NCBI GenBank assembly: GCA_963850905.1
Contig: CAWKMU010000003.1
Span: 1,056,001 to 1,120,000 of the forward strand
Direction: 5' to 3'
DNA from: an uncultured Gemmatimonadales bacterium
GTDB lineage: Bacteria > Gemmatimonadota > Gemmatimonadetes > Gemmatimonadales > Gemmatimonadaceae
Length of the DNA: 64,000 bases
The notes beneath the pieces were generated by a model that was given only the letters and a program-made list of their open reading frames with translations, was not told the origin of the DNA and did no database searches. The position numbers and the translations under genes were made by a program. Every line of letters begins with the position of its first letter. The first letter of the stretch is position 1. Of this stretch, positions 39,350-48,992 are shown piece by piece.

Positions 39350-39405
39350 CCGGAATAGATTTGAGCCAATACATTTCGGCCGCATCGTTTGGCCCAATAG
39401 ATTTC
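39350..39405 (+). promoter_or_regulatory. Four tandem 14-bp direct repeats overlapping the -10 box of the ClC gene (putative operator array)
   Basis: ccggaatagatttg / agccaatacatttc / ggccgcatcgtttg / gcccaatagatttc. Confidence 0.55.
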
Positions 39406-39409
39406 CTGC

Positions 39410-41365
39410 ATGCCTGGGCACGCGGTGGGCTCTGACCCCGAGACGACGGATCGCCGCGACGGCGCGGTGGTCGGGACAGGAGCGCAGGGACGCGAGCCGG
39501 CCGGGACGTTCGGCAGGCAACTGCGAATCGTTCAGTACATGATTTCGGCGGCGTGGGCCAGGTTCGTCCGCTGGTTCAATCGACGCGGACTCAGCGAGAA
39601 CGCCATTCTGCTGGGGTTCGCCGTCGCCATCGGGGTGCTGACCGCGCTCGGCGTTGTTTTGTTCTATCGGGCCATCGACCTCGCCTTCGCCGCATTCTTC
39701 CGGTGGTCGGCCGTCGCCCTCCCACAAACTGCGCGGCTCGCGTATCGACCGATCATCACCGGTGCCAGCATTGCCCTCGCGTGGCTAGTCATGCGGCGCC
39801 TCGCCGGCGGGCACGACGGTATGAACGTGCCCGACGTGCAACTCGCGGTCGTCCGCAGAGGCGGCAATGTGCCCGTGCGGCCGGCACTGGCGCGTACGCT
39901 GGCGAGTGCCATTACGATCGGCGGCGGCGGGTCCGCAGGGAGCGAGGGACCTGTCGTCGTCCTCGGAGCCGCGATCGGTTCGTGGCTCGGGCGTGCGTTT
40001 CGCTTTACACCGGAGCGTGTGAGTCTCTTCGTCGGGTGTGCGAGCGGCGCCGCCATCAGCGCGGCCTTCAACGCCCCACTCGCCGGCGCCTTCTTCGCGC
40101 TCGAGGAGATTCTCGGGTCCCTGTCGGTCGCGTCCTTCTCGCCGGTCGTGGTCGCGAGCGTCGTGGCGGCAGTGGTCTCGCGGATGTTCTTCGGCAACCA
40201 TCCCGCGTTCCCCATTCCGCAGCAGTACGGCTTCGGATCCGTGGGCGAGGTGCTGGTGCTGTACCCGGGTCTCGGGATTCTCACCGGTCTCGTCTCGGTG
40301 CTCTACGTGCGCGTCTATTTCGCTGCGGATCGCGCGCATCAATGGGCCCGCAAACGACTTTCGGGCGGCTGGTTGGCCTGGCTGTCCGGTGCCCTGGTTG
40401 GTCTGCTCGTGTGGGTGTCCGGCGGACTGCTGGTTGGGTACGGGCATCTGGCGCTGCACGCCGAGATGTTTGGGCGCCTCGCATGGTATGCGCTGCTCGC
40501 GCTGGCGCTCGGGAAGATCTTCGCGACCGCCATCACGCTCACTGGGGGTGGTTCAGGTGGCGTGTTCACACCATCCCTCTACATCGGAGCCGCAACGGGC
40601 GGCGGATTCGGCGCCCTTCTCGCCCACGTGGCGCCGTCGCTTGGGGTGAGTCCCCCAGCGTACGCGCTCGTCGGGATGGGTGGCCTCATCGCCGGCGCGA
40701 CCGATGCGCCGATCACTGGCGTGCTCCTCGTCTTCGAGATGACCAACGACTACGGGCTCGTGCTCCCGTTGATGATCACGGTCGTACTCGCTCACGCCGT
40801 CGCGCGGCGATTCGAGCGCGATTCATTGTACAGCGGCTGGCTGCGCCGCCGCGGCGAATCGATCGTGCAAGGGGCCGATCGCGATGTGCTCGCAGGGCTT
40901 CTGGTCCGGGACGCCTACGAGCCTTCGCCACGGGTCATTTCCGAGGCAGCACCACTCCCGGTGTTGCTCCAGTACCTCGGCGCTGGCGATCAGCCGTGCT
41001 TCCCTGTCGTCGATCCTGAACAACGACTGGTGGGGGTCATCACCGTGTCGGCCCTGGGCCGGCTCGCGGCTGAGGGCAACGGCGCGGGTCCGCTCATCCG
41101 CGCGGTGGATGTGGCGGAGCCGTCAGAGGTTGTGGCTCCCAGCGATTCGCTCTACGAGGCGGTCCGGCAAATGGGCGTCCGGGGCGTCGGGGCGTTGCCC
41201 GTAGTCGATCCCAGCAGTGGCCGCATCCTTGGCCTGATCACGCGCGGTCACATCGTTACCGCCTATGACCGGCGCCTGGCCATGCTGCCGTCGGACGACG
41301 GGGTGTGGAGCGGCGCCGGGCCCGAGGGTACCCCGAGGCCCTTGGCCGGGCGGGAGTCCGGCTAA
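39410..41365 (+). CDS. ClC family chloride channel/transporter with C-terminal CBS domains
   Basis: GGSAGSEGP, AAFNAPLAG, GGSGGVFTP and FEMTNDY motifs, followed by a CBS pair. Confidence 0.92.
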   Translation: MPGHAVGSDPETTDRRDGAVVGTGAQGREPAGTFGRQLRIVQYMISAAWARFVRWFNRRGLSENAILLGFAVAIGVLTALGVVLFYRAIDLAFAAFFRWSAVALPQTARLAYRPIITGASIALAWLVMRRLAGGHDGMNVPDVQLAVVRRGGNVPVRPALARTLASAITIGGGGSAGSEGPVVVLGAAIGSWLGRAFRFTPERVSLFVGCASGAAISAAFNAPLAGAFFALEEILGSLSVASFSPVVVASVVAAVVSRMFFGNHPAFPIPQQYGFGSVGEVLVLYPGLGILTGLVSVLYVRVYFAADRAHQWARKRLSGGWLAWLSGALVGLLVWVSGGLLVGYGHLALHAEMFGRLAWYALLALALGKIFATAITLTGGGSGGVFTPSLYIGAATGGGFGALLAHVAPSLGVSPPAYALVGMGGLIAGATDAPITGVLLVFEMTNDYGLVLPLMITVVLAHAVARRFERDSLYSGWLRRRGESIVQGADRDVLAGLLVRDAYEPSPRVISEAAPLPVLLQYLGAGDQPCFPVVDPEQRLVGVITVSALGRLAAEGNGAGPLIRAVDVAEPSEVVAPSDSLYEAVRQMGVRGVGALPVVDPSSGRILGLITRGHIVTAYDRRLAMLPSDDGVWSGAGPEGTPRPLAGRESG

Positions 41366-41467
41366 GTTTCAGGAACCGATCTGGCGGTCGTCGCCATCTT
41401 CTGGGCGGAGCAGTCGTGTCAGCGCGATGCGCGGCCAGGGTGTGCAATCTGGACGACGGGAGGCGGC

Positions 41468-42193
41468 ATGAAACGGAAGTCGACGCGTATGCGGGACGGC
41501 CGACGCGACTTGGGCAGCCTGACGCGGGCAGTGGGTGCAGTCGGAATCGCCGTTGCCCTCACTGGTGTCATGACAGCGGCCGTACGGCGCTCAGCCGGGC
41601 TTGCCGTGGCGCCGGCCCGCCTCGCGGCGCTTGGAGCAACGAGCACCCCAGATACCAACCCGCCGGCGACCGCCGGCTCGTCGTCATCACAGCCAGCAGC
41701 TACTTCACAGGCGGAGAAGACTTCGATGGATTGGAAGCACTTCCACAAGCCGAGCGATACAGACCTCCAGCGCAAGCTGACGCCGGAGGAGTACCAGGTG
41801 ACGCAGCACGAAGGGACGGAGCCGCCGTTTCGGAACGAGTATTGGGACAATCACGCCGACGGCATCTACGTCGACATCGTGTCGGGGGAGCCGCTGTTCA
41901 GCTCCAAAGACAAGTTCGAGTCGGGCACCGGATGGCCGAGTTTTACCAGACCGCTCGACGCGAGCAACGTGACCACGCGATCGGACAACTCGTTGCTCAT
42001 GTCCCGCACCGAGGTGCGCTCGAAACACGCCAACTCGCATCTCGGTCACGTCTTCGACGATGGTCCAGCGCCGACCGGCCTTCGCTACTGCATGAATTCC
42101 GCCGCGATGCGCTTCATTCCCGTTGACAGCCTGGCAGCCGAAGGTTACGAGCAATATCTCGCGCTCTTCGGGAAGGCAGAGGCGAAGAAGTGA
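41468..42193 (+). CDS. msrB: Peptide-methionine (R)-sulfoxide reductase MsrB with N-terminal export/anchor segment
   Basis: [23 protein letters not shown] and RYCMNSA motifs. Non-zinc type (VDIVSG, RSKHA). GGAGG RBS. Confidence 0.93.
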   Translation: MKRKSTRMRDGRRDLGSLTRAVGAVGIAVALTGVMTAAVRRSAGLAVAPARLAALGATSTPDTNPPATAGSSSSQPAATSQAEKTSMDWKHFHKPSDTDLQRKLTPEEYQVTQHEGTEPPFRNEYWDNHADGIYVDIVSGEPLFSSKDKFESGTGWPSFTRPLDASNVTTRSDNSLLMSRTEVRSKHANSHLGHVFDDGPAPTGLRYCMNSAAMRFIPVDSLAAEGYEQYLALFGKAEAKK

Positions 42194-43104
42194 CCTCCGA
42201 GGCATCTCCAGCCTCGCACGCCCCTCTTCCCACAGATCCGCCACGTACCGTCGAATCGCCAGCGGCCGCAGCGCCAGCGCTCGAACCTGGGCACGTGGTG
42301 CTGCGCCACCACTGGATCGTGCGCGTCACTCACTGGGTCGCGGTCGTCGCGATCCTGATCATGGCCGGATCCGGCCTTCGGATCTTCGACGCGTATCCGG
42401 CGTTTCATCGTAAGGGCGACACCTTCTGCTGCTATCCGTTCGAAGGGCACCCGATTCCCGCCTGGCTGACGTTTGGCGGCTGGCTCGGGGGAGCCCGCAA
42501 TTGGCACTTCGCGATGATGTGGGTGTTGTTGATCAATGGTCTGGTCTACGTCGGCTTCGTCTATTTGCACGGCGAGTGGCGAGACCTTGTGCCGCGCCAC
42601 GGCGACGTTCGCGACGCCTGGCAAATGGTTCGCTTCTATCTCTTCCTCCGAGCGCGACATCCGCACCAGCGCAAACACAACGCGCTACAAAAAACCGCGT
42701 ATTTCGCGATGCCGTGGATCGGCGCGATCATCGTTCTGACGGGAATTGCCATTTGGAAGCCCGTTCAACTCGGGCCGCTCACCGCCGTGTTTGGCGGCTA
42801 CGTGTGGGCGCGGTACTGGCATTTCCTTGGGATGGTCGCGCTGCTTGCGGTCGCTGCTGCTCACGTCTTCATGGTGTTTGCGGTCGATCCGTACTCCCTG
42901 CCGTCGATGATTACGGGGCGGTACAACGAGGCCTACTCGCCCGAAATCCGCAATGCGCGCCCGTTGTATCACGTGCTCCCGCACTGGGCAAAGAATGGCC
43001 AGGCTTCGGGCTTGGCGATTCCGGATGCGGCAGCGACCACCCCCGTGCCGGTGTCCACGGCAGGGGAGCCGCCGGCCCCCGGCCCGCCGCGGGGTGAACC
43101 GTGA
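42190..43104 (+). CDS. Cytochrome b/b6-domain membrane protein (Ni/Fe-hydrogenase cytochrome b / YdhU-like)
   Basis: [24 protein letters not shown] and AAHVFM heme-ligand histidines. GTGA overlap with msrB. Confidence 0.85.
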   Translation: MTSEASPASHAPLPTDPPRTVESPAAAAPALEPGHVVLRHHWIVRVTHWVAVVAILIMAGSGLRIFDAYPAFHRKGDTFCCYPFEGHPIPAWLTFGGWLGGARNWHFAMMWVLLINGLVYVGFVYLHGEWRDLVPRHGDVRDAWQMVRFYLFLRARHPHQRKHNALQKTAYFAMPWIGAIIVLTGIAIWKPVQLGPLTAVFGGYVWARYWHFLGMVALLAVAAAHVFMVFAVDPYSLPSMITGRYNEAYSPEIRNARPLYHVLPHWAKNGQASGLAIPDAAATTPVPVSTAGEPPAPGPPRGEP

Positions 43105-43898
43105 GCGATGCGCGTGAGCTCGAGCGGCGCATTCGGGACGTGCTGGATCGAGAGCCCGAACGCGGCGTGTCCTCGAGTCCGAGTGACCGCATCGATCGGC
43201 GGCGATTTCTGCTGCTGGGCGGCGGCGCGGTATCGGCCGCGCTACTCGCGGCGTGCAACAGCTATGGACCTCGTGACGCGCAGGGCATTCTGCGCTTCGC
43301 CGAGCGAAGCAACGAGCGACTGGAGCGTCGCCTATTTCGTGAGGGCTCACGCGATCGGCCGCGAGCTCGCTGGCGCGAGGCTGGCAGCGCCCTGCCCGTC
43401 TACTACATCTCCGACGCCATCCCGATGTGGGATGAGACGACGCAAGGGCCATGGGCCCTCGAGGTGGGTGGGCTGGTCGGTCACCCGCTGCGCCTGACAC
43501 TCGATGACTTGATGCGGCTTCCGCGGACGACTCAGCGCGTCGATCACTACTGCGTCGAGGGATGGACGGCGGTCGCTTCGTGGACTGGCGTGCGTCTGCG
43601 CGATCTCGCGGCGATCGCTCGAGCATCGCCGGCGGCGCAGTACGTCGATTTTCAGTCCTTTGACAAGGACTATCACGAGAGTTGGGACATCGAGAGTGCC
43701 ACACACCCGCAGACGCTAATTGCCTACGGACTGGACGGTCACATGCTCGGCGCCGCCCACGGTGCGCCCGCGCGGGTGCATTCGCCCGTGAAGCTCGGTT
43801 ACAAGAACACGAAGTACCTCACCCGCATCGTCTTCATGCCGACGCGCAACGGCGGCTACTGGAGCGATCAGGGGTACGAATGGTACGGCGGCGTGTAG
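43101..43898 (+). CDS. Molybdopterin-dependent oxidoreductase (sulfite oxidase/MsrP-like), Tat signal
   Basis: Tat motif IDRRRFLL, HYCVEGW, WTGVRL, HPQTLIAY, HGAPAR, KLGYKNTKY and GGYWSDQGY. Confidence 0.88.
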   Translation: MSDARELERRIRDVLDREPERGVSSSPSDRIDRRRFLLLGGGAVSAALLAACNSYGPRDAQGILRFAERSNERLERRLFREGSRDRPRARWREAGSALPVYYISDAIPMWDETTQGPWALEVGGLVGHPLRLTLDDLMRLPRTTQRVDHYCVEGWTAVASWTGVRLRDLAAIARASPAAQYVDFQSFDKDYHESWDIESATHPQTLIAYGLDGHMLGAAHGAPARVHSPVKLGYKNTKYLTRIVFMPTRNGGYWSDQGYEWYGGV

Positions 43899-43907
43899 CG
43901 CTCGTCG

Positions 43908-44345
43908 TTACGCTCGCAGTGCCGCGCGTCCGGCTTCGATGGCGACGAGCAATCCGACGGCGCCGATCGCGATGAGGATCACCAGCGGCGCGTTGTCGTC
44001 CGCTGCGCGAGACATCCCGGCGGACATGGACGCGGCCTCCGCGTAGGAGGTCGCGGTCACGGCGGCGCGCGTTGTTGTCTGAGTCGTAGACGACGGTTCC
44101 GGCGCGCGTCGTACGTTCGCGACCTTCACCGTCGAGTCGGAGGATCGCTGTCCGGCGGCAGCGGACCATGACCTGGTGACGGAGTCGATCCAGGCTCCGT
44201 CGGACTGCATCGGTGCCGCGACGACCGTCGGTGCCTGCTCTGGTGGCGTGGGCGGAGGACGTCGCCTGCGCGCGAACGGCCCGTGACACGCCATCGCGCC
44301 CGCGATGCACGCTGCGCCAGCCAGAACCGCAACCGCGCGTTTCAT
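43908..44345 (-). CDS. Hypothetical lipoprotein with C-terminal hydrophobic helix
   Basis: Lipobox-like signal MKRAVAVLAGAACIAGAMAC. Alternative TTG start at 44414 overlaps the upstream stop. Confidence 0.5.
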   Translation of the reverse strand: MKRAVAVLAGAACIAGAMACHGPFARRRRPPPTPPEQAPTVVAAPMQSDGAWIDSVTRSWSAAAGQRSSDSTVKVANVRRAPEPSSTTQTTTRAAVTATSYAEAASMSAGMSRAADDNAPLVILIAIGAVGLLVAIEAGRAALRA

Positions 44346-44410
44346 GCGTACGCCGCGCTGCAAGTTGCCGACCGTCTTGATTGGTCGCCCCTGATCCCTG
44401 TTTCCAGTGT

Positions 44411-46129
44411 TCAATATCGCCAGGGCGCACGCTCGCCTGGCGGTGCGTGCTTCGCGACCGCATCGGCCATCTCGCGAACGAGGTCAGCTGCATCGGTGTG
44501 CTGCCACCCGTGCCCTTTCTCGGGGCGGCCGAAGCGGAACAGGCCGGCAACGTGCGGATGCTGTGCCGAGTCGAGGAAGGCCTCGAAGTCGTACACGCCG
44601 AGGTTCAGGTAGAAATTGTCCATGTCGCCCACGTCGATGTGGATCTTGTCAGTGAGCGACGGACCGATTTGCGCCCAGTGCTGGCGAGCATAGGCGGTCA
44701 GGTCGTACCCGCGGTCGCGCATGTAGTTCGCGACGTCGTGGTTGATATGGCCCGTCCGCTTGTCCCAGAGGGGAGCCGGGTAGCCGTCGGAACCCACCGG
44801 TCCGTACACGGCTTCCCAGATCTCCAGCTGCTCTCCCGAACGTCCGTGGCTGCCCAGGACGTCCTCGAACCGGCTGAAATCGCGCATGGTGATGAGCGGC
44901 TGCCCATCGTTCCCGCGCATGAGGTAGCGTTCCGCGTGGAACCACCGATTGATGGGCGAAAACGATGGCTGCCCCTCCCGACTCACGGTGAACGCGTTGG
45001 TATCCCGATATGCGTTGACCAGCCCGTAGTGATCGAAGTCGATGGGGTCGGGATAGAGCGTCCACGTGCCGCCAAAGAAGTCGGGATGGTAGAGCTGCAA
45101 GGCGAGCGACTCCCACCCGCCGGTCGAACCCCCGGTCAGCACACGGGCGTACGCGTGCGGGATGACCCGGAAATGCGTTTCGAGGTACGGGATGAGCTCC
45201 GTCATGATCGCGTCGCCGTACGGGCCGTTGTTCGCCGAGTTCACCGCGTAGGAGTCGTCGAAGTACGGTGTCGGGTGTTGGAAGGTGACCGCGATCACGC
45301 GCGGGAAGCCAGATCCGCTCCACGCACGGTAGAGATCGTACCCAGGTTTCAGGTTGTACGAGGTCAGCAGCTCGTGGAACGGTTCCGGGATCGGCGCCTG
45401 CACGCTGTCGAAGTCGAGCGGGGGCCGGAGGTTGAAGTGTCCTTGTTCGTAGATCACGGGATACCGCACGTCCGGGTGCGTGTCGTATCCCGCTGGCAAC
45501 AGGACTGTCGCACCCAGAAACACCGGCTGGCCCCAGAATTTGGTCAGCAGGTCGCTCTGGATCTTGATGTGTTTGACCCACTTCGAGTCCGGAGGCAGCG
45601 CAATGGGCGGGAGCGCGCGCGAGACCGCGACCGAGACATTGTACCCGCCCGCTGGGTCGAGATGAACGCGCTGGACCGTGCTGATCAGCGTGCCGGGCGA
45701 CACCCCGAAATGCTGCCCCTCCCACTGGTCCATGTGCGCCCAGATGGTGTGGCCATCGGATCGGTGAAACCGGGTGTAGGGGACGACGATCGCCTGCACG
45801 TAGTAGTCGCCTGCGGGGATGTCCCGAAGCGATGCAACGGGATAACCGAGGGTCGTATCGGAAATGAGCGCGGAGCTGCCTGGTGCGAGGCTCTGGACGT
45901 CCGTACCGAACAGCGGGATGCTCGCCGTGAAGTCATCGGCTGCCAACCGCGGGTCGTGGGCGCTGTCGGCTGAGTCGGCGCTGATCATCACGTATGCGCG
46001 GCCCGTGATCGGATCGGCATGCAGCGAGGCCGGCACGGAGATCGAGATGGAGACGGGCCTGGCCGATGGGCTACAGGTCGCGCACGCCAGCGCGATGGCG
46101 AAGGCGAGGATCGTGCGAACGCGGATCAT
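44411..46129 (-). CDS. Secreted putative esterase (alpha/beta hydrolase, Fes/enterochelin esterase-like C-terminal domain)
   Basis: Signal peptide, VLLPAGYD...RYPVIY, NSANNGPYG, nucleophile motif GGSTGG, VGDMD and catalytic His in KGHGW. Confidence 0.75.
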   Translation of the reverse strand: MIRVRTILAFAIALACATCSPSARPVSISISVPASLHADPITGRAYVMISADSADSAHDPRLAADDFTASIPLFGTDVQSLAPGSSALISDTTLGYPVASLRDIPAGDYYVQAIVVPYTRFHRSDGHTIWAHMDQWEGQHFGVSPGTLISTVQRVHLDPAGGYNVSVAVSRALPPIALPPDSKWVKHIKIQSDLLTKFWGQPVFLGATVLLPAGYDTHPDVRYPVIYEQGHFNLRPPLDFDSVQAPIPEPFHELLTSYNLKPGYDLYRAWSGSGFPRVIAVTFQHPTPYFDDSYAVNSANNGPYGDAIMTELIPYLETHFRVIPHAYARVLTGGSTGGWESLALQLYHPDFFGGTWTLYPDPIDFDHYGLVNAYRDTNAFTVSREGQPSFSPINRWFHAERYLMRGNDGQPLITMRDFSRFEDVLGSHGRSGEQLEIWEAVYGPVGSDGYPAPLWDKRTGHINHDVANYMRDRGYDLTAYARQHWAQIGPSLTDKIHIDVGDMDNFYLNLGVYDFEAFLDSAQHPHVAGLFRFGRPEKGHGWQHTDAADLVREMADAVAKHAPPGERAPWRY

Positions 46130-46422
46130 CCTCGATACTGCTCCATCATCTCCACGAGCTCGTCGTACATGGCGTCGGCTGCCCGCGGTGTGTCGCGAAT
46201 CGCGCGCGTGGCGCAGTGCTTGAGGTGATTGCGCATCAACTCTCGACCGACCGCGCGCAACGCTTCGTGTACCGCGGAGATCTGGGTGAGCACTTCGGCG
46301 CAGTAGCGATCCTCCTCAACCATCTTCTGCAGCCCGCGCACCTGTCCCTCGATCCGACGGAGACGCGTGAGGTTCCGCTCCTTGCTGGTGGCGTCGACGC
46401 CGATGGCTTTACGCAGTGCCAC
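46126..46422 (-). CDS. csoR: CsoR family copper-sensing repressor
   Basis: [24 protein letters not shown] and NHLKHC (C-H-C Cu ligands). Likely GTG start 46422. Confidence 0.9.
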   Translation of the reverse strand: MALRKAIGVDATSKERNLTRLRRIEGQVRGLQKMVEEDRYCAEVLTQISAVHEALRAVGRELMRNHLKHCATRAIRDTPRAADAMYDELVEMMEQYRG

Positions 46423-48838
46423 GGAACCCTCGCAGCCGGAGGCTGTTGGACACCACACTCACCGAGCTGAAGGCCATCGCGCTACTGGCCAGGATCGGGC
46501 TGAGCAGGATGCCAAATGTGGGGTAGAGGACGCCCGCCGCAATCGGGATCCCGACCAGGTTATAAACGAGCGCCCAGAAGAGGTTCTGTCGCATCGTTCG
46601 CATCGCGCGTCGGCTCAAGCGGATCGCATCGCCGACGCCCAGGAGATCGTTGCGCATGAGGGCCACGTCACACGCCTCCAGCGAAACGTCCGCGGCGCTG
46701 CCGATGGCGATGCCGACGTCCGCCTGCGCCAGCGCCGGGGCGTCATTGATGCCATCTCCCACCATCGCTACCGCGTGATGTGCGTCCTGCAGGCGCTTGA
46801 TGGCGGCCACCTTTCCGTCCGGCAGCACGCCCGCCACCACCCGATCGATGCCCACCTCGCGAGCCACGGCGCGCGCGGCGCGCTCCGTATCACCGCTCAG
46901 CATGACCACCAGGAGCCCCAGCTGTCGCAGCTCGTCGACCGCTCGCCTGGAGCTGTCGCGAACGGGATCCGCGATCGCGATCAGGCCGCGAAGCGCGCCA
47001 TCGATTGCCGCGTACACGACGGTGCGCCCCGCAGCGGCCAACTCGTCTGCGCGAGGCGCGAGCGGCGCTGCGTCGATCGCCCACTCCGCCAACAATGCGC
47101 GATTGCCAACGACCACCGATCGACCGTCGACGATCCCGAGCGCTCCGCGGCCTGGCAGCGCCTCAAACTGATCGACGACAGGCAGGGAAAGGCCTCGCGC
47201 TTGCGCGGCGTGCACAATCGCTTCCGCGAGCGGGTGCTCGGAGGCGTGTTCAACGCCTGCCACCATCGCGAGCAGCGCATCCGCGGGCGATGTCTCCGCG
47301 ATCCACGACGCGTTTCGCTCTGGGTGCAGCACCGCGATCTCACCGGCCCGTGAGGCGACGTGCGCTCCGGCCGCGATCGGTACATCCACATCGACCAACT
47401 CGATGTCCGTCACCGTCGGGCGGCCTTCCGTGATGGTCCCCGTCTTGTCGAGGACCACCGTGTCGAGGGCGCTCGTCCGCTGCAGTGCCTCGGAGCCTTT
47501 GATGAGCACGCCCATCTCCGCGCCTTTACCCGTGGCAACCATGAGCGCCGTTGGCACCGCAAGGCCCATGGCGCAGGGGCACGCGATGACCAGGACCGCG
47601 ACCGCCGCCGCGACGGCGCGGACAATTCCTCCCGGACCGCCTGCCACCAGCCACACGGCGGCAGTCAGTCCCGCAATCACGACGACCACGGGCACAAACA
47701 CCGCGCTGACGCGATCGGCCAGCTGCTGGATCGGCGCGCGTGTATTCTGTGCTTCGCGCATGAGCTGGACGATGTGCGCCAGTGTGCCGTCAGCCCCGAG
47801 GGTGGTCGCGCGATATCGGAAGACGCCGGTGCGATTGACGGTGCCACCGATGACCCGGGAGCCCACGCCCTTCTCCACCGGCATCGACTCGCCCGTCAGC
47901 ATCGATTCGTCGACGAAACTGGCGCCGCTGATGATCTGGCCATCCACGGGGACGCGCTCGCCGGGCCTCACGACAACGATGGCTCCCGGTCGCAGCGACT
48001 CGACCGCCAGATCGTGCTCGCCAGCGTCGTCGATGACACGCGCGCTCGGCGGCTGCAGCATGATCAGATGACGCAGCGCGGCTGTCGTGTGCCGCGTGGC
48101 GCCCGCCTCGAGCAGGTTGCCGGCGAGCACGAGCGCGATGATCATGATCACGGCTTCGTAATAGACGTCCGGAGCCACATGGTGCGCGATGAAGAACTGC
48201 GGCACGACCGTCGCAACGGCGGAGTAGAGAAATGCCGCGCCAGTCCCCAGGGCCACCAGCGTGTTCATGTTGGCCGTCCCCCGCCGGGCGGCCGCCCACG
48301 CACCGACGTAGAACCGGCGACCGGCCCATGCCATGACGAACAGCGTCAGGGCTAGCAGCCCGTAGCTCACGACACCGTCTGGAACGGCGGCAAGCCCGGG
48401 CACTCGCTCGGCAACCGGCCCGAATACTCGCATCGTCCACCGCATGAACGGGTCGACGTCGCGCACCCCGTGGGCCTCGGCGCGCAACATGAGCGGTACC
48501 GATGCTACCATGGCGACGACGCCGGCTAGAACGCTGACCACGACCTGGCGGCGAAGTGCAGCGATCGCCGCGTCGTGCGTGCGGCTCTGATCGACCAGCT
48601 CCTCCGTCGCGGATCGATGGTCAACCGGGAGCTCGGCCCCGTAGCCGGTCGCACGGACCGCCTCGACCAGTCGATCCCGAGACGTGACGGCCGGATCGAA
48701 ATCCACGCGCGCGGTCCCGGTCACGAGATTGACGACCGCGTCGACGACTCCCGGTTCCTGCGCCAACGCCCGCTGCACGTGCGCCTGGCACGACGCGCAG
48801 CTCATGCCAGTCACGGGGAACGTGAGAGAGGAGGACAT
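46409..48838 (-). CDS. copA: Copper-translocating P1B-type ATPase
   Basis: GMSCASC HMA domain, [30 protein letters not shown], and the P1B-1 motifs YN and MAFSS. Confidence 0.95.
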   Translation of the reverse strand: MSSSLTFPVTGMSCASCQAHVQRALAQEPGVVDAVVNLVTGTARVDFDPAVTSRDRLVEAVRATGYGAELPVDHRSATEELVDQSRTHDAAIAALRRQVVVSVLAGVVAMVASVPLMLRAEAHGVRDVDPFMRWTMRVFGPVAERVPGLAAVPDGVVSYGLLALTLFVMAWAGRRFYVGAWAAARRGTANMNTLVALGTGAAFLYSAVATVVPQFFIAHHVAPDVYYEAVIMIIALVLAGNLLEAGATRHTTAALRHLIMLQPPSARVIDDAGEHDLAVESLRPGAIVVVRPGERVPVDGQIISGASFVDESMLTGESMPVEKGVGSRVIGGTVNRTGVFRYRATTLGADGTLAHIVQLMREAQNTRAPIQQLADRVSAVFVPVVVVIAGLTAAVWLVAGGPGGIVRAVAAAVAVLVIACPCAMGLAVPTALMVATGKGAEMGVLIKGSEALQRTSALDTVVLDKTGTITEGRPTVTDIELVDVDVPIAAGAHVASRAGEIAVLHPERNASWIAETSPADALLAMVAGVEHASEHPLAEAIVHAAQARGLSLPVVDQFEALPGRGALGIVDGRSVVVGNRALLAEWAIDAAPLAPRADELAAAGRTVVYAAIDGALRGLIAIADPVRDSSRRAVDELRQLGLLVVMLSGDTERAARAVAREVGIDRVVAGVLPDGKVAAIKRLQDAHHAVAMVGDGINDAPALAQADVGIAIGSAADVSLEACDVALMRNDLLGVGDAIRLSRRAMRTMRQNLFWALVYNLVGIPIAAGVLYPTFGILLSPILASSAMAFSSVSVVSNSLRLRGFRGTA

Positions 48839-48844
48839 GCCCGC

Positions 48845-48864
48845 AATATACCCTTGGGGGGTAT
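48845..48864 (-). promoter_or_regulatory. CsoR operator overlapping the -10 box of a leaderless copA promoter
   Basis: ATACCC-ttggg-GGGTAT (48848-48864) matches the known CsoR C-tract/G-tract pseudo-palindrome. Minus-strand TATATT lies 6 nt before ATG 48838. Confidence 0.85.
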
Positions 48865-48879
48865 GGATGGGGAAGGGCG

Positions 48880-48988
48880 GGACGTTTGACGTTAGACGTT
48901 GGACGTTAGAGACAAACCTCGAGGCCAGCCGCGGTGCATCTGAGCTGGCCTCGAGGTTTGCTTCCAACGTCTAACGTCTAACGTCTAG
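48880..48988. repeat. Composite palindrome B4
   Basis: (gacgtt[t/a/g]) arm, perfect 17-bp stem caaacctcgaggccagc / gctggcctcgaggtttg, then a (aacgtct)n arm. Confidence 0.92.
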
Positions 48989-48992
48989 CTTC

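Noticed and set aside
39410..41365. Fluoride exporter CLC-F
   Set aside because: It retains GxEGP and GGVFTP rather than the CLC-F motifs GREGT/V and GEVTP, and it has CBS domains.
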